A stretch of 64,000 bases of DNA. Source: Bordetella parapertussis (lineage in GTDB: Bacteria > Pseudomonadota > Gammaproteobacteria > Burkholderiales > SG8-39). This document shows, piece by piece, positions 19,962-29,971 of the stretch. The translations under genes and the position numbers were made by a program. Numbering within the stretch: position 1 is the first letter of the stretch; each line of letters starts with the position of its first letter. The notes beneath the pieces were generated by a model. That model made no database searches, was not told where the DNA came from, and saw only the letters and a list, made by a program, of their open reading frames with translations. The stretch spans positions 3,754-67,753 of the forward strand of contig CAMAWC010000003.1 of assembly GCA_945861875.1 (NCBI GenBank), read 5' to 3'.

Positions 19962-21241
19962 TTGCCCGGAGCGCAACCCCAAAGATCCAGCAGCACGCTC
20001 GCCCCCGGCACAAACATCGTGTCGGCAACCCCGATTGCGCTAAAGGGCAGGCCGGCTTCGCGCAGGTCCGCGTCCCAGGCCATGTAAGCGCCGTGAAAGC
20101 CGGCGAGGTCGGTATGAAAGTGCAGCGCGCGCACGATTTGCGACAAATCGCTGCCGGCGGCGGCAAAGATGGTATTGGCCTTGGTGAGGATGTCTGTCAT
20201 CTGGGCGCGACTGCTGTGGTGGAAATACGGCGCGCCGGGCTGCACCTGCGCGGATGGCGCGAGGCCATTCTTGTCTATGGCCATCAGTCCGGCGACGAAC
20301 AACAGGCCGTCGAAGGTGCACGCGGGCAGCATGCCTTCAGCGATGAGTGCCACATCGCAGGTCACATCCTTCACGCGCGCGCTTGCCGATGCGTGCGCCG
20401 CGATGAGATTCACTTCGATGGTCGCATCGATGGTGCCGAAGGCCGGATGTGCGACCGGGACGATGGTGGTGGGCGGGATGCGCTTGCCAAAGCACTGCGC
20501 CCAGCTTAGCAAAAAGGCCGGCAGGTCTTCCGGGTGGCTCAGGTAGACCTGCGCCTTGAGCACCAAGTCCGGATGGCTGCCCGCGGCCTCGAGCGCGGGC
20601 AACAGGCGTTTCCTGAACAGGTATTCGGTCTCGAGTTTGATGCGTGTGCCGTTCCACTGCTGGCCGGCGGGCGGCTGCGCTTCGGCGGCGATGTTGCCCG
20701 CGACGTCGCGCGCCAGTTGCCCGGCGACGAACACCATGTCACCGACGCGTATGCAGGGCGCATAGCCCGAGCTCTGCGGCGCATTGAGGTCGGCCTTGAT
20801 GCGTTCGACGGTGTAGCCGCTGGCTGCGGTGGCGGCCATGACTTGCACATCCATGGCGGCGTCGCAATTGAGCAGGCCGCCGACAATAATGGATGTGCTG
20901 GGCGCGACCTGGCCGGCGAGTGCCTGCTTGCGCACGACATGGTAAGGGTCAACCGAACGCGGGTCGGGGTAATACTGGTCCAGGCGCGCGACGCGTGACA
21001 TTGCGCTGCCGGCCGTGTTGAGGTGCGCGGCCATGGCCTCGAATATGTGTTCCGCCTCGCGCTGCGCCTTGGGGGGCGCGTCAAGCGGACGGCCGGACTT
21101 GAGCACGGCCGGATCCATCAGGCCGTTGGCGAGAGTGGCGCGCAGGCCGCTGCCGAACACCCAGTTGCCGGCGCGCACAAAAGGCGCATGGACGATGTCG
21201 CCGTTGCCGTAACGGGTTTTTCCGAAGCGCTCTATGCTCAT
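19958..21241 (-). CDS. Triple-domain RidA/YjgF/UK114 family protein
   Basis: 427 aa with three tandem ~135-aa units: VRAGNWVFGSG, IRVGDMVFVAGQ, TFDGLLFVAGL, each followed by an AGS..S/D..V motif. Confidence 0.8.
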   Translation of the reverse strand: MSIERFGKTRYGNGDIVHAPFVRAGNWVFGSGLRATLANGLMDPAVLKSGRPLDAPPKAQREAEHIFEAMAAHLNTAGSAMSRVARLDQYYPDPRSVDPYHVVRKQALAGQVAPSTSIIVGGLLNCDAAMDVQVMAATAASGYTVERIKADLNAPQSSGYAPCIRVGDMVFVAGQLARDVAGNIAAEAQPPAGQQWNGTRIKLETEYLFRKRLLPALEAAGSHPDLVLKAQVYLSHPEDLPAFLLSWAQCFGKRIPPTTIVPVAHPAFGTIDATIEVNLIAAHASASARVKDVTCDVALIAEGMLPACTFDGLLFVAGLMAIDKNGLAPSAQVQPGAPYFHHSSRAQMTDILTKANTIFAAAGSDLSQIVRALHFHTDLAGFHGAYMAWDADLREAGLPFSAIGVADTMFVPGASVLLDLWGCAPGK

Positions 21242-21255
21242 GCCTGTTTCCTTGC

Positions 21256-22215
21256 TTAATCTATCTTGGCACCGGTTTCCTTGATCAGGCGCGCCCACAA
21301 ATCGCGGTCGCCGCGGAAAAAGGCGCCGAACTCCGCGGGCGTGGAGCCGATTTGCTCGATGGCGGCGTTGCTCATGTAGGACCTGACCGCGGGGGCCTTT
21401 AGCGCCGCGTTCAATTCGCGGTTGAGTTTGTCGATGATGGGGGCTGGTGTGCCCTTTGGCGCCAGGATGCCCATCCAGATGTAGGCTTCGTAGCCCTTGA
21501 AACCGGATTCAGCGAGGGTGGGCACCTCGGGCAGCAGCGGCGAGCGCGTCGCGCCGCTGACCGCCAGTGCGCGCAGTTTGCCTTCCTTGATATGGCTGAT
21601 CATCGCCGCGAGGCCGGGCATCGCCGTCTGGATTTGCCCGCCCAGCAGGTCGGTGGTGACGCCGCCGCTGCCCTTGTAAGGCACGTGCGTCATCTTCAGG
21701 TCACCGATGGAATTCATCAGCGCCATGAACAGGTGTTGCGCGCTGCCGTTGCCCGAGGACCCGTAATTGACCTTGCCCGGATTGGCTTTGACGTAGGCGA
21801 CGAACTCGCGGATGGTCTTGGCCGGCACCGACGGATGCACCAGCAGCACCGCCTGCTCGCGTCCGAGCAGCGAAATCGGCAGGAAGTCGTCGACCGGATT
21901 GTGCGTCAGGTTGTTGTACAGCGAGACGCTGATGGCGTTGGGATTGGATGCGAGCAGCAGTGTGTAGCCGTCGGCTGGGGCCTTGACCACTTCGGCACTG
22001 CCTATCATCGCGCCCTGTCCGGGCTTGTTCTCGACCACCATCTGGTGGCCGACCTGTTTGGAGAACTCCTGGGCGATGACGCGCATCGGTCCGTCGGAGG
22101 AGCCGCCTGCGCCGTAGGGAACAACGAGGCGTATGGGCCGGTTCGGATAGTCCTGGGCCTGTACGGTGGCGCTGAACAAGGCGAGGGTGAGCAATGTGAA
22201 GCCGAGGCGTTTCAT
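21256..22215 (-). CDS. Bug/TctC substrate-binding protein
   Basis: YPNRPIRLVVPY, ENKPG, ADGYT, HVPYKG motifs. Confidence 0.95.
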   Translation of the reverse strand: MKRLGFTLLTLALFSATVQAQDYPNRPIRLVVPYGAGGSSDGPMRVIAQEFSKQVGHQMVVENKPGQGAMIGSAEVVKAPADGYTLLLASNPNAISVSLYNNLTHNPVDDFLPISLLGREQAVLLVHPSVPAKTIREFVAYVKANPGKVNYGSSGNGSAQHLFMALMNSIGDLKMTHVPYKGSGGVTTDLLGGQIQTAMPGLAAMISHIKEGKLRALAVSGATRSPLLPEVPTLAESGFKGYEAYIWMGILAPKGTPAPIIDKLNRELNAALKAPAVRSYMSNAAIEQIGSTPAEFGAFFRGDRDLWARLIKETGAKID

Positions 22216-22228
22216 GGTGGTTCTCCTG

Positions 22229-23140
22229 TCAGCTTCCGGGAATGATGCCCGGGGGCAAGGTAAGGCAGTGATCGGCGATCTCGTGCGGTTTGCACCACCA
22301 GACGCGGCCGGCCTTGGCGTGCTCGACGCAATGCTGGAAGGCGCGGCGGATCATGCGCAGGCGAAAGGGCTGGCCGAACACATACGGATGGATGGACACG
22401 TTCAGCACCAGCGGATGGCGTTCCGATTGCTCGATCATTTCATCGAATTGCTCGGTAATCATGTCGCAAAAGCTCTCGGCGTCACCCTTGCGGTGGATAA
22501 CGTGCTGCGAATCATTGAGCTCGATCGGGTAGGGCACCGACAGGATGGGGCCGGCGCGCGTGCGCAACCACACCGGCTGGTCGTCCATGGGCCAGTCCAT
22601 GAGGTAGGTGTAGCCCAGTTCCTTCAACAGGTCGGGGGTGTTGCCGGTCTCGTAGGCGCCAGAGCCCATCCAGCCCTTGGGCGCCCTGCCTTCATGTTTG
22701 GTGATGGTATCGGTGACTTCGCCCAGGATGCGCTCCTCGTCCGGCTGCCACAGTCCCTTGAGGTTCTCGGCGTTGCTGCGGCCATGGGCGACGATTTCGT
22801 CACCGCGCTTGCGAATGAAGTCGGTGATTTGCGGCGCGTACTGGTAGATGAGGCTGTTGGTGTTGTGGCCGGCGGGCAGTTTCAGCTCGTCAAGGAGCTC
22901 AAACAGCCGCCAGATGCCGATGCGGTTGCCGTAATCACGCCAGGAATAGTTGCGATGCGTCTGCGGCTCACCGGTCTTGGCCGGGTCGTGCCCAAGGCCC
23001 GCGCCAAAGGCGAACCATTCGATATTGGTGGTGATGGTGAAGGCGAGGCGTTTTCCGCCCGGCCAGGAGTAGTCCTTGCGCTCCGGTAACGGGATGTAGT
23101 CGTAGCGCGTGTGCTGGGGGAGGAGGGGTTTGGTGCTCAT
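22229..23140 (-). CDS. Polysaccharide deacetylase (CE4) family, PuuE-like; close paralog of 19050-19961
   Basis: Same 912-nt length, collinear, long identical blocks such as GHDPAKTGEPQTHRNYSWRDYGNRIGIWRLF. Confidence 0.88.
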   Translation of the reverse strand: MSTKPLLPQHTRYDYIPLPERKDYSWPGGKRLAFTITTNIEWFAFGAGLGHDPAKTGEPQTHRNYSWRDYGNRIGIWRLFELLDELKLPAGHNTNSLIYQYAPQITDFIRKRGDEIVAHGRSNAENLKGLWQPDEERILGEVTDTITKHEGRAPKGWMGSGAYETGNTPDLLKELGYTYLMDWPMDDQPVWLRTRAGPILSVPYPIELNDSQHVIHRKGDAESFCDMITEQFDEMIEQSERHPLVLNVSIHPYVFGQPFRLRMIRRAFQHCVEHAKAGRVWWCKPHEIADHCLTLPPGIIPGS

Positions 23141-23192
23141 GGAATAGGTCTTCACTAAACGATAGTCGAATCTGGGCAAACCAAGAAACTAC

Positions 23193-23269
23193 CGTCATTC
23201 CCGCGAAAGCGGGAATCCATTTTTCTCTGCCAAAAGACCCCATGGATCCCCGCTTTCGCGGGGATGACG
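23193..23269. repeat. REP-like palindromic element, family A
   Basis: CGTCATTCCCGCGAAAGCGGGAATCCAT ... ATGGATCCCCGCTTTCGCGGGGATGACG. Confidence 0.88.
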
Positions 23270-23296
23270 AATTTCTCAGGGATGTACGTGTTGAGT

Positions 23297-24283
23297 TTAT
23301 TCCACCTTTGCGCCAGACGCCTTGACCACCGGCGCGAGCATGGAGATTTCCTTGCTCAGCATGGCTGCAAACGCCTCGGGTGTGGTGGCGATTGGGTCGG
23401 CGCCGAGGTTGTCGAAGACCCGCTTGATTTCCTCGCTGGCGATGACCTTGGCGAATTCGGCGTTAAGTTTGCGCACGATCGCCGGGTCCATGCCTTTGGG
23501 GCCGAGGATGCCGTTATAGAGCACCACCTCAAAATTAGCGACGCCCGCCTCGCCCATGGTCGGCACATCGGGTGCGGCGGCGACGCGCTTGGGCGTGGTT
23601 ACGGCGAGGGCGCGCAGCTTGCCGGCCTTGGCGTTGGACACCGCCGGCGGCATGGTGGAGAACACGAAGGCCACTTCATTGCCGAGGATGGCCTGGGTCG
23701 CCGGGTTGCTTCCTTTGTAAGGCACGTGCACAACGTCAATGCCCTGGCCGGCTTTGAACATCTCGCCCGCCAGGTGCAGGATGGTACCGTTGCCGGATGA
23801 ACCATAGGAGAACTTGCCCGGTTGCGATTTCATCAGCGCGGCGAGCTCCTTGACGGTTTTGGCCGATGAGGACGGATGCACCACCAGCATCAGCGGCGTC
23901 GAGGCGAACAGCGCAATGGGGGTGAAATCCTTGATCGAGTCGTAGGGCAGCTTGGGGTAGAGGCTGGCATTGATGGCGTGGGTGGTGATGTCCTGCAGCC
24001 AGATGGTGTAGCCGTCGGGGGCGGCCTTGGAAACAATATCCCCGGCGATGGTGGTGCCGGCGCCGGGCTTGTTCTCGACAAACACGCTTTGCCCGATCGT
24101 AGTGGACATCTTGGCGGCAATCGCACGCGCCAGCACGTCGGAAATGCCGCCGGCGGCAAAGCCGACAACCATTTTGATCGGCTGTTTCGGGTAGTCGGCC
24201 TGGGCCCGGGCGTGGCCGATGCAGGTGGCAAGTATTGCGCCTGACAGCAGGACCGAGGAAAGGACGCGTCGTTTGCGATTCAT
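23297..24283 (-). CDS. Bug/TctC substrate-binding protein
   Basis: YPKQPIKMVVGF, ENKPGAG, APDGYT, HVPYKG motifs. Confidence 0.95.
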   Translation of the reverse strand: MNRKRRVLSSVLLSGAILATCIGHARAQADYPKQPIKMVVGFAAGGISDVLARAIAAKMSTTIGQSVFVENKPGAGTTIAGDIVSKAAPDGYTIWLQDITTHAINASLYPKLPYDSIKDFTPIALFASTPLMLVVHPSSSAKTVKELAALMKSQPGKFSYGSSGNGTILHLAGEMFKAGQGIDVVHVPYKGSNPATQAILGNEVAFVFSTMPPAVSNAKAGKLRALAVTTPKRVAAAPDVPTMGEAGVANFEVVLYNGILGPKGMDPAIVRKLNAEFAKVIASEEIKRVFDNLGADPIATTPEAFAAMLSKEISMLAPVVKASGAKVE

Positions 24284-24360
24284 GGCGGGCTCCGAAAATG
24301 TAAGAAGTGGTAAAGAAGTACACCGGCGCGCCGTGCGCACCGCATCGAACCGGGTCGGTG

Positions 24361-25068
24361 CTATTTCACACCCAGAAAGCGCTGCATGGTGGCGCGGTCG
24401 TTGCGCAGTACGTCGGCGCCGCCGTGCCAGACAATGCCGCCTGTCTCAAGTATGTAGACCTCGTCGGCGACCGCCAGGGCGCTGTAGAGGTTTTGTTCCA
24501 CCAGCAGGATGGCAAGGCCGGTCTGCTTGAGTTGCGTGATGATGCCCTCGAGGTGCTGCACCATCACCGGGGCGAGGCCTTCCGAGGGCTCGTCCATCAG
24601 CAGCAGCGTCGGGTTGAGCATCAGCGCGCGTCCGACGGCAAGCATCTGGCGCTCGCCGCCCGAGAGCTGGTTGCCGCGATGGTGGCGCCGTTCGCCAAGG
24701 CGAGGGAACATGGCAAAAATGCGCTCCACCGTCCATTCGTGGCTGTCGGCGCCGCGCGATTCGACCATGGTCAGGTGCTCGGTGACGCTGAGCGAGGCGA
24801 ACAGCCGGCGGCCCTGCGGCACCAGGCCGATGCGCTCGCGCGCGATGGCATGCGGCGTGAGACCGCGCAACTCCTTGCCAAGGTACTTGACGCTGCCCTG
24901 GGTGACCTGCGGCGAGGTGAAATTCATGATCGAGCGGATCAGCGTGGTCTTGCCCATGCCGTTGCGGCCGAGCAGGGCGACGACGCGGCTGGCCGGCACG
25001 TCGAGCGACACGCCGTGCAGGATGTGCGCGTCGCCGTACTTGCTGTGCAGGTCGCGTATTTCAAGCAT
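24361..25068 (-). CDS. Branched-chain amino acid-type ABC ATP-binding protein (LivF-like)
   Basis: GRNGMGKTT, LSGGERQML, LMDEPSEGLAP. Confidence 0.93.
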   Translation of the reverse strand: MLEIRDLHSKYGDAHILHGVSLDVPASRVVALLGRNGMGKTTLIRSIMNFTSPQVTQGSVKYLGKELRGLTPHAIARERIGLVPQGRRLFASLSVTEHLTMVESRGADSHEWTVERIFAMFPRLGERRHHRGNQLSGGERQMLAVGRALMLNPTLLLMDEPSEGLAPVMVQHLEGIITQLKQTGLAILLVEQNLYSALAVADEVYILETGGIVWHGGADVLRNDRATMQRFLGVK

Positions 25069-25816
25069 GGTGGGGCTTTCCGAGATAGACCTCTTGCACC
25101 TTCTCGTTGCCGCGGATGGCGTCCGGCGTGTCCTCGACCAGAACCTGGCCGTGCTGCAGGCAGGTGACGTAATCCACGAGGCCGAGGGCAAGGTCCATGT
25201 CGTGCTCTATCAGCACCAGTGTCAACTCTCGCGGCAGGGCGCGGATAATCTCGGCCATGCGCACGCGTTCGGCCGCCGAAAGGCCGGCGGCCGGTTCGTC
25301 CAGCAGCAGCAGGCTGGGCTTGCCGGCGAGGGCAAGGGCGAGCTCAAGCTGGCGTTGCTCGCCGTAAGAGAGGTCGCGTATCGGCACGCCGCGGCGCGCG
25401 CTCATGCCGCTCTCGGACAGGGCCTCCTCGACCGCGGTGTGCTCGGCCGTGTTGAGCTTGCCCGAGCCAAACAGCGAAAACTTCCGCGGCGAGAGGCCGC
25501 GCACGGCAAGGCGCAGGTTGTCCTCGACTGACAGTGACGCAAACAGGTTGGTGATCTGGTAGGTGCGGCCTATGCCCAGGTGCGCCTTGGCGTGCGGTTT
25601 GAGCCGGGTGACGTCGTTGCCGCGAAAGCTCACGCTGCCGCCCGAGGGACGGATGTCGCCGGCGATGGCGTTGAACAGTGTCGTCTTGCCGGCACCGTTG
25701 GGGCCAATGATGGCGCGGCGTTCCCCCGCCTTGACCGACAGCGACACGCCGTCGACGGCGCGCAGCGCACCGAAGGTGACGCTGACGTTGTCGAGTTTGA
25801 GCAGGGGATCGGTCAT
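25061..25816 (-). CDS. Branched-chain amino acid-type ABC ATP-binding protein (LivG-like)
   Basis: GPNGAGKTT, LSYGEQRQLE, LLDEPAAG, VQEVYLG. Confidence 0.93.
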   Translation of the reverse strand: MTDPLLKLDNVSVTFGALRAVDGVSLSVKAGERRAIIGPNGAGKTTLFNAIAGDIRPSGGSVSFRGNDVTRLKPHAKAHLGIGRTYQITNLFASLSVEDNLRLAVRGLSPRKFSLFGSGKLNTAEHTAVEEALSESGMSARRGVPIRDLSYGEQRQLELALALAGKPSLLLLDEPAAGLSAAERVRMAEIIRALPRELTLVLIEHDMDLALGLVDYVTCLQHGQVLVEDTPDAIRGNEKVQEVYLGKPHHA

Positions 25817-25845
25817 CTTGATTGGTTGATGGGCGGTGCGTAAAT

Positions 25846-25944
25846 GCCGTCATACCCGCGCAAGCGGGAATCCATGGGGTTTGCATGCCGAACCCATGGA
25901 TTCCGGGTTGCGCCCAAGGTGACGGGCGCCCCCGGAATGACGGC
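25846..25944. repeat. REP-like palindromic element, family A (expanded right arm)
   Basis: GCCGTCATACCCGCGCAAGCGGGAATCCATGGG ... CCCATGGATTCCGGG[insert]CCCGGAATGACGGC. Confidence 0.8.
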
Positions 25945-25952
25945 GTTGTGGA

Positions 25953-27221
25953 TCAGGTTTTCTTGATGCCCTGGAAGGTGCGCGAATACGGCGGTTGCGC
26001 CATATAGGTTTCCGGGTTGTATTTCCAGAACTGGCTGACGTTGGGATACGAGGCGATGGGCACGTTCCAGAGTTTGCCGTCCGGGCGCTTGACGGTCTTC
26101 CTGATGTACATGTCGTAGACCGGGTTGCCGTAAGGATCGAGTTCGACGCTCCTCCCGAGGGGCGAGCCGGTGAGCTTGACCTGGCGCACTTCGTTGAGGA
26201 AGTTGACCTTGTCCTCGACCTTGCCGTTGACGCGCTTGATCGCCTCGGCGAGCCACATCGCGCCCGAGTAATGCGAAAAGCCGTAGATTGACGGCAGCTT
26301 GTTGTAGGCCTTGTTGTAGTCGGCGAGGAATTTATTGTTGGCGGCCTCGTCGCGGCCCTCGCAAAAGTGTGCGCCGGAAATCAGGCCCTCGGCTTCGGGG
26401 CCCATGGTGCGGATGACCGACTGGTCGGTGGCGTTCTGGCAATAGAGAACGGGAATCTTGTCTTTCAGGCCGAAGTTGTTCCATTGCTGGATAAAGCGCG
26501 AGGCGTCGGCGCCGGTCTCCATCGAAAACACCACATCGGGCTTGAGGTTCTGGATTTGCGCCAGGTAGGGACTGAAGTCGGCGGTGTTAAGCGGGTTCCA
26601 GAACTGCTGCATGATCGTTCCGCCGCCCTCGGTGAAGGTCTGGCAAAAGCCGCCGCACTGTTCGTGGCCGAAGGCGTAGTCCTGCGAAATGGTCACGGCT
26701 TTTTTGTAACCCTGCTTGAGGCCGTAATCAGCGATCGGCCGCGGCGTCTGGCTGGAACTGTAGCCGGCGATGCGCACGACGTTGTTAAGGCGCTTGCGCT
26801 GCGTCAGGTCGTCGGCGGCGATCACCGGGATGAAGTAGGGCACGCCGTTGCCCTTGACGTATTCGGCCACGGCAAGGCCGGTGTTGGCGAGGATGTTGCC
26901 CACCAGCCAGTGCACGTTGCGCTGCTCGACGAGGCGGCGCGCCTTTTGCAGCGAGGTATCCGGGTTGGCGCCGTCGTCCTCGACGATGACTTCGATTTCG
27001 CGCCCGGCGACTTTCTTGCCGACCTGGTCCCAGTAAAGGTTGAAACCCTCGACCACTTCACGGCCGCCGGCGGCGACCACGCCGGTGAGCGGGGCCATCA
27101 GGCCGATGCGGATCGGACCGGTCTGCGCCGAGGCGGTGTGCACCCACGGGCCGACCGAGGTCGCGGCGGTGGTGGCGGCGGCGGCGCCGGTGGCTTTGAG
27201 GAATTTGCGGCGGTTCATCAT
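25953..27221 (-). CDS. Liv-type ABC substrate-binding protein with Tat signal
   Basis: NRRKFLK leader; IRIGLMAPLTG, VEDDGANP, DYAFG, DFSPYL motifs. Confidence 0.9.
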   Translation of the reverse strand: MMNRRKFLKATGAAAATTAATSVGPWVHTASAQTGPIRIGLMAPLTGVVAAGGREVVEGFNLYWDQVGKKVAGREIEVIVEDDGANPDTSLQKARRLVEQRNVHWLVGNILANTGLAVAEYVKGNGVPYFIPVIAADDLTQRKRLNNVVRIAGYSSSQTPRPIADYGLKQGYKKAVTISQDYAFGHEQCGGFCQTFTEGGGTIMQQFWNPLNTADFSPYLAQIQNLKPDVVFSMETGADASRFIQQWNNFGLKDKIPVLYCQNATDQSVIRTMGPEAEGLISGAHFCEGRDEAANNKFLADYNKAYNKLPSIYGFSHYSGAMWLAEAIKRVNGKVEDKVNFLNEVRQVKLTGSPLGRSVELDPYGNPVYDMYIRKTVKRPDGKLWNVPIASYPNVSQFWKYNPETYMAQPPYSRTFQGIKKT

Positions 27222-27250
27222 GGTGACCTCCAGTTAACAAAAAAGGAAAT

Positions 27251-28183
27251 TCAGGAACTACGTTTGGAACGGCGCCGCGCGAGTATTTGTCGCGCCTTGC
27301 CGACAAGGCCTTCGGGGGCAAAAATCATGGTGAAAATGAACATGAAGCCGAGCACCATGGACCAGCGCTCGGTGTAAAGGCTGACCACGTTTTCCAGGCT
27401 GATGATAACAATGGAACCTATCAGCGAGCCGAACAGCGTGCCGACCCCTCCGACAATGGCCATCAGCAGGCCGGACACCGACTGCTTGAGTTCCACCGTG
27501 GATGGGCTGACAAAGCTGTTGTAAAAGGCGTAGAGGATGCCGGCGATTCCGGCGAAAAAACCGGATACGACAAAGCCGATGAACACGTGCAGCGGCACGT
27601 TGTAGCCCAGCGCCCGCATGCGCGATTCGCTCTCGCGAATGCCCTTGAGGGTGAGGCCGAAGGGTGAATTGACGAAACGCCACATCGCCAGGGCCATCAG
27701 CGAGGTGATGGCGAGGGTGAGGTAATACAGGTTGACGTGGTTGGCCAGCCATTCGGGCTTGATGTTGCCGCGAATGCCGTTCTCGCCGCCGGTGACCGAC
27801 GTCCAGCGCAGCGACACGCCCCAGACGATCATGCCCAGGGCAAGGGTGAGCAGCAGGAAATACACGCCGGAGGTGCGGATGGCGAGGGCGCCGAACACCA
27901 CGGCGGTGGCGGTGGCGGCAAGAATGCCCAGCACGATGCCGGCGGCGAGGGAGCCGTTGGCGGCGGTGACGTAATAGAGCACCACGTAGGTGGCGACGCC
28001 GAAAATCGCGCCGTGGCCCAGCGGCGTGCGCCCGGTATAGCCGGCGAGGATGTCGATGGACATGGCGAGCGCGGCGTAGATCAGGATTTGCGTCGCGATG
28101 CTGGTGTGGTAGCCGGTGATGGCCAGCGGCAGCAGCGCCAGGGCGGCCAGCACGATGGCGGTCCAGGCGTAGCGCTTGTTCAT
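27251..28183 (-). CDS. Liv-type ABC permease (LivM-like)
   Basis: Hydrophobic; GYTG..LGH, TGGENG, SPFG..LKGIRESE.R...LG motifs. Confidence 0.9.
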   Translation of the reverse strand: MNKRYAWTAIVLAALALLPLAITGYHTSIATQILIYAALAMSIDILAGYTGRTPLGHGAIFGVATYVVLYYVTAANGSLAAGIVLGILAATATAVVFGALAIRTSGVYFLLLTLALGMIVWGVSLRWTSVTGGENGIRGNIKPEWLANHVNLYYLTLAITSLMALAMWRFVNSPFGLTLKGIRESESRMRALGYNVPLHVFIGFVVSGFFAGIAGILYAFYNSFVSPSTVELKQSVSGLLMAIVGGVGTLFGSLIGSIVIISLENVVSLYTERWSMVLGFMFIFTMIFAPEGLVGKARQILARRRSKRSS

Positions 28184-28193
28184 ACCCGGCTGC

Positions 28194-29051
28194 TCATGTG
28201 GCCCGTCCGAACAGGCCGAGCGGGCGGAAGGCGAGCAGCACGGCCATCGGCCCGAAAATGACAAAGTAGGCGAGTTCCGGGAACCAGACCTGGCCGAAGG
28301 TGTTGAGCATGGCGACAAAGATCGCGCCCACTGCGGCGCCGGCAAGGCTGCCGCGGCCGCCGATGATCACCACCGCAAGGCTGAACACCAGGATTTCGGC
28401 GTCGGCGGTGGGGTAGAGCGACAGGAAGGCGCCGCCCAGCGAACCGCCGAGGCCGGCGAGGGCGGTGCCCAGCATCAGCGTGTAGATGAACACGCGGCGG
28501 ATGTTGACGCCCATGGCTTCGACCATTTCGGCATCGTCGACGCCGGCGCGAATCAGCGCGCCCAGGCGCGTCTTGTTGAGCAGCAGCCACAGGCCGATGA
28601 AAATCGCCACGCCCACGCCCAGCACGAACAGGCGGAACGCCGGGTAGGTGATGCCGGCGAACTGCACCGCCCCCTGCAGCCACTGCGGCACCGGCACGGT
28701 GAAGGTGTCGCCGCCCCAGATCACCAGCATCAGGTCGTTGAGCACCAGCGCGACCCCGACCGTGAGCAACACCTGGCGCAGTTCGTTGTTTTTGACAAAG
28801 CGCAGCAGCAGCGTGTCAATGAGAAAACCGGCAAAGGCCACCGCCAGTGCGGCGCAGCCTATGCCAATGGCAAAACTGCCGGATTTCATCGCCACGGTAA
28901 AGGCGATGTAGCCGCCCAGCAGGTAGAGCGCCCCGTGCGCCAGGTTGACGATGCGCATCAGCCCGAAAATCAGCGTAAAGCCGCTGCCGACCACGAACAG
29001 CAGCGCCGCGAAAGTCAGGCTGTTGAGCAGGTTGAAGGCGAGCATCGACAC
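28194..29051 (-). CDS. Liv-type ABC permease (LivH-like)
   Basis: GFTLIFGLMRIVNLAHG, TRLG..IRA, IIGGRGS motifs. Confidence 0.92.
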   Translation of the reverse strand: MSMLAFNLLNSLTFAALLFVVGSGFTLIFGLMRIVNLAHGALYLLGGYIAFTVAMKSGSFAIGIGCAALAVAFAGFLIDTLLLRFVKNNELRQVLLTVGVALVLNDLMLVIWGGDTFTVPVPQWLQGAVQFAGITYPAFRLFVLGVGVAIFIGLWLLLNKTRLGALIRAGVDDAEMVEAMGVNIRRVFIYTLMLGTALAGLGGSLGGAFLSLYPTADAEILVFSLAVVIIGGRGSLAGAAVGAIFVAMLNTFGQVWFPELAYFVIFGPMAVLLAFRPLGLFGRAT

Positions 29052-29064
29052 GGGGCAGTCGTCC

Positions 29065-29949
29065 TTACTTGGCTTGCGTGCGGGCCTTCTGGTACCAGTC
29101 GAGGATTTCCTCGCCGTTCCAGTGGATCACGCCGGGGAAGCGGCTCATGTAATCGTACACGGCTTCAAGGTACTTGATGCGGAAGGGCTGGCCGCTGACA
29201 TAGGGGTGGATGGCGATGGCCATGATGCGCGGCCGCTCGGCCCCTTCCATGTACAGGCGGTCGAAGGTGTCGGTGCATTTTGTCTGCCAGTAGGCCGCCT
29301 CGTGGTGCTGCACCAGCATCGCCGGGATGTCGTTGGTCTCGACCGAATAGGGCAGGGTGATGAGCGGGCCGTTGGTGGTCTTGATCTCCGTCGGCTCCTC
29401 GTCATAGACCCAGTCGCCGATGTATTTCACACCGGCGGCGGTGAGGTAATCGGGTGTGTCCAGCGTTTGCGTCAGGCCGGGTCCGAGCCAGCCGACCGGG
29501 CGTTTGCCGGTGAATTTTTCGATGGTGTCCATGGAGCGGCCGATCATGCCCGGCTGGTCTTCTTCCTTGTGTATCGGCCCCTGCTCCCAGCTGTGGCCCA
29601 TGAATTCCCAGCCCGAGTCCTTGCAAGCCTGCGCGACGCGCGGGTAATCGACACAGACGCGGGCGTTGATCGACAGGGTCGGCCGCAGGCCGAGCTTTTC
29701 GTACAAGGCATGAAAACGCCAGAAACCGACGCGCATGCCGTACTCGTGCCAGGACCAGTTGGGCACGTCCGGCAGCAGCATCGCGCCGGTGGGCGGCGGG
29801 ATGACCTGGCGCGCCATGGCCTTGGCGATGTCCCACACTTCAAGGTTGACGATGGTCCAGACGATGATGCGGCCGTCGCCCGGCAGCTTGAGCTTGGGGC
29901 GGTCGACAATGGCGCTGAAGGGAACGCGTTCGCGCGGAAGCATGGCCAT
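29065..29949 (-). CDS. Polysaccharide deacetylase (CE4) family, PuuE-like (divergent third copy)
   Basis: VNLEVW, WHEYGMRVGFWR, GWLGPGL, HPYVSGQPFR motifs. Confidence 0.88.
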   Translation of the reverse strand: MAMLPRERVPFSAIVDRPKLKLPGDGRIIVWTIVNLEVWDIAKAMARQVIPPPTGAMLLPDVPNWSWHEYGMRVGFWRFHALYEKLGLRPTLSINARVCVDYPRVAQACKDSGWEFMGHSWEQGPIHKEEDQPGMIGRSMDTIEKFTGKRPVGWLGPGLTQTLDTPDYLTAAGVKYIGDWVYDEEPTEIKTTNGPLITLPYSVETNDIPAMLVQHHEAAYWQTKCTDTFDRLYMEGAERPRIMAIAIHPYVSGQPFRIKYLEAVYDYMSRFPGVIHWNGEEILDWYQKARTQAK

Positions 29950-29971
29950 GATGGGGTCTCCTGTTGCGTTG

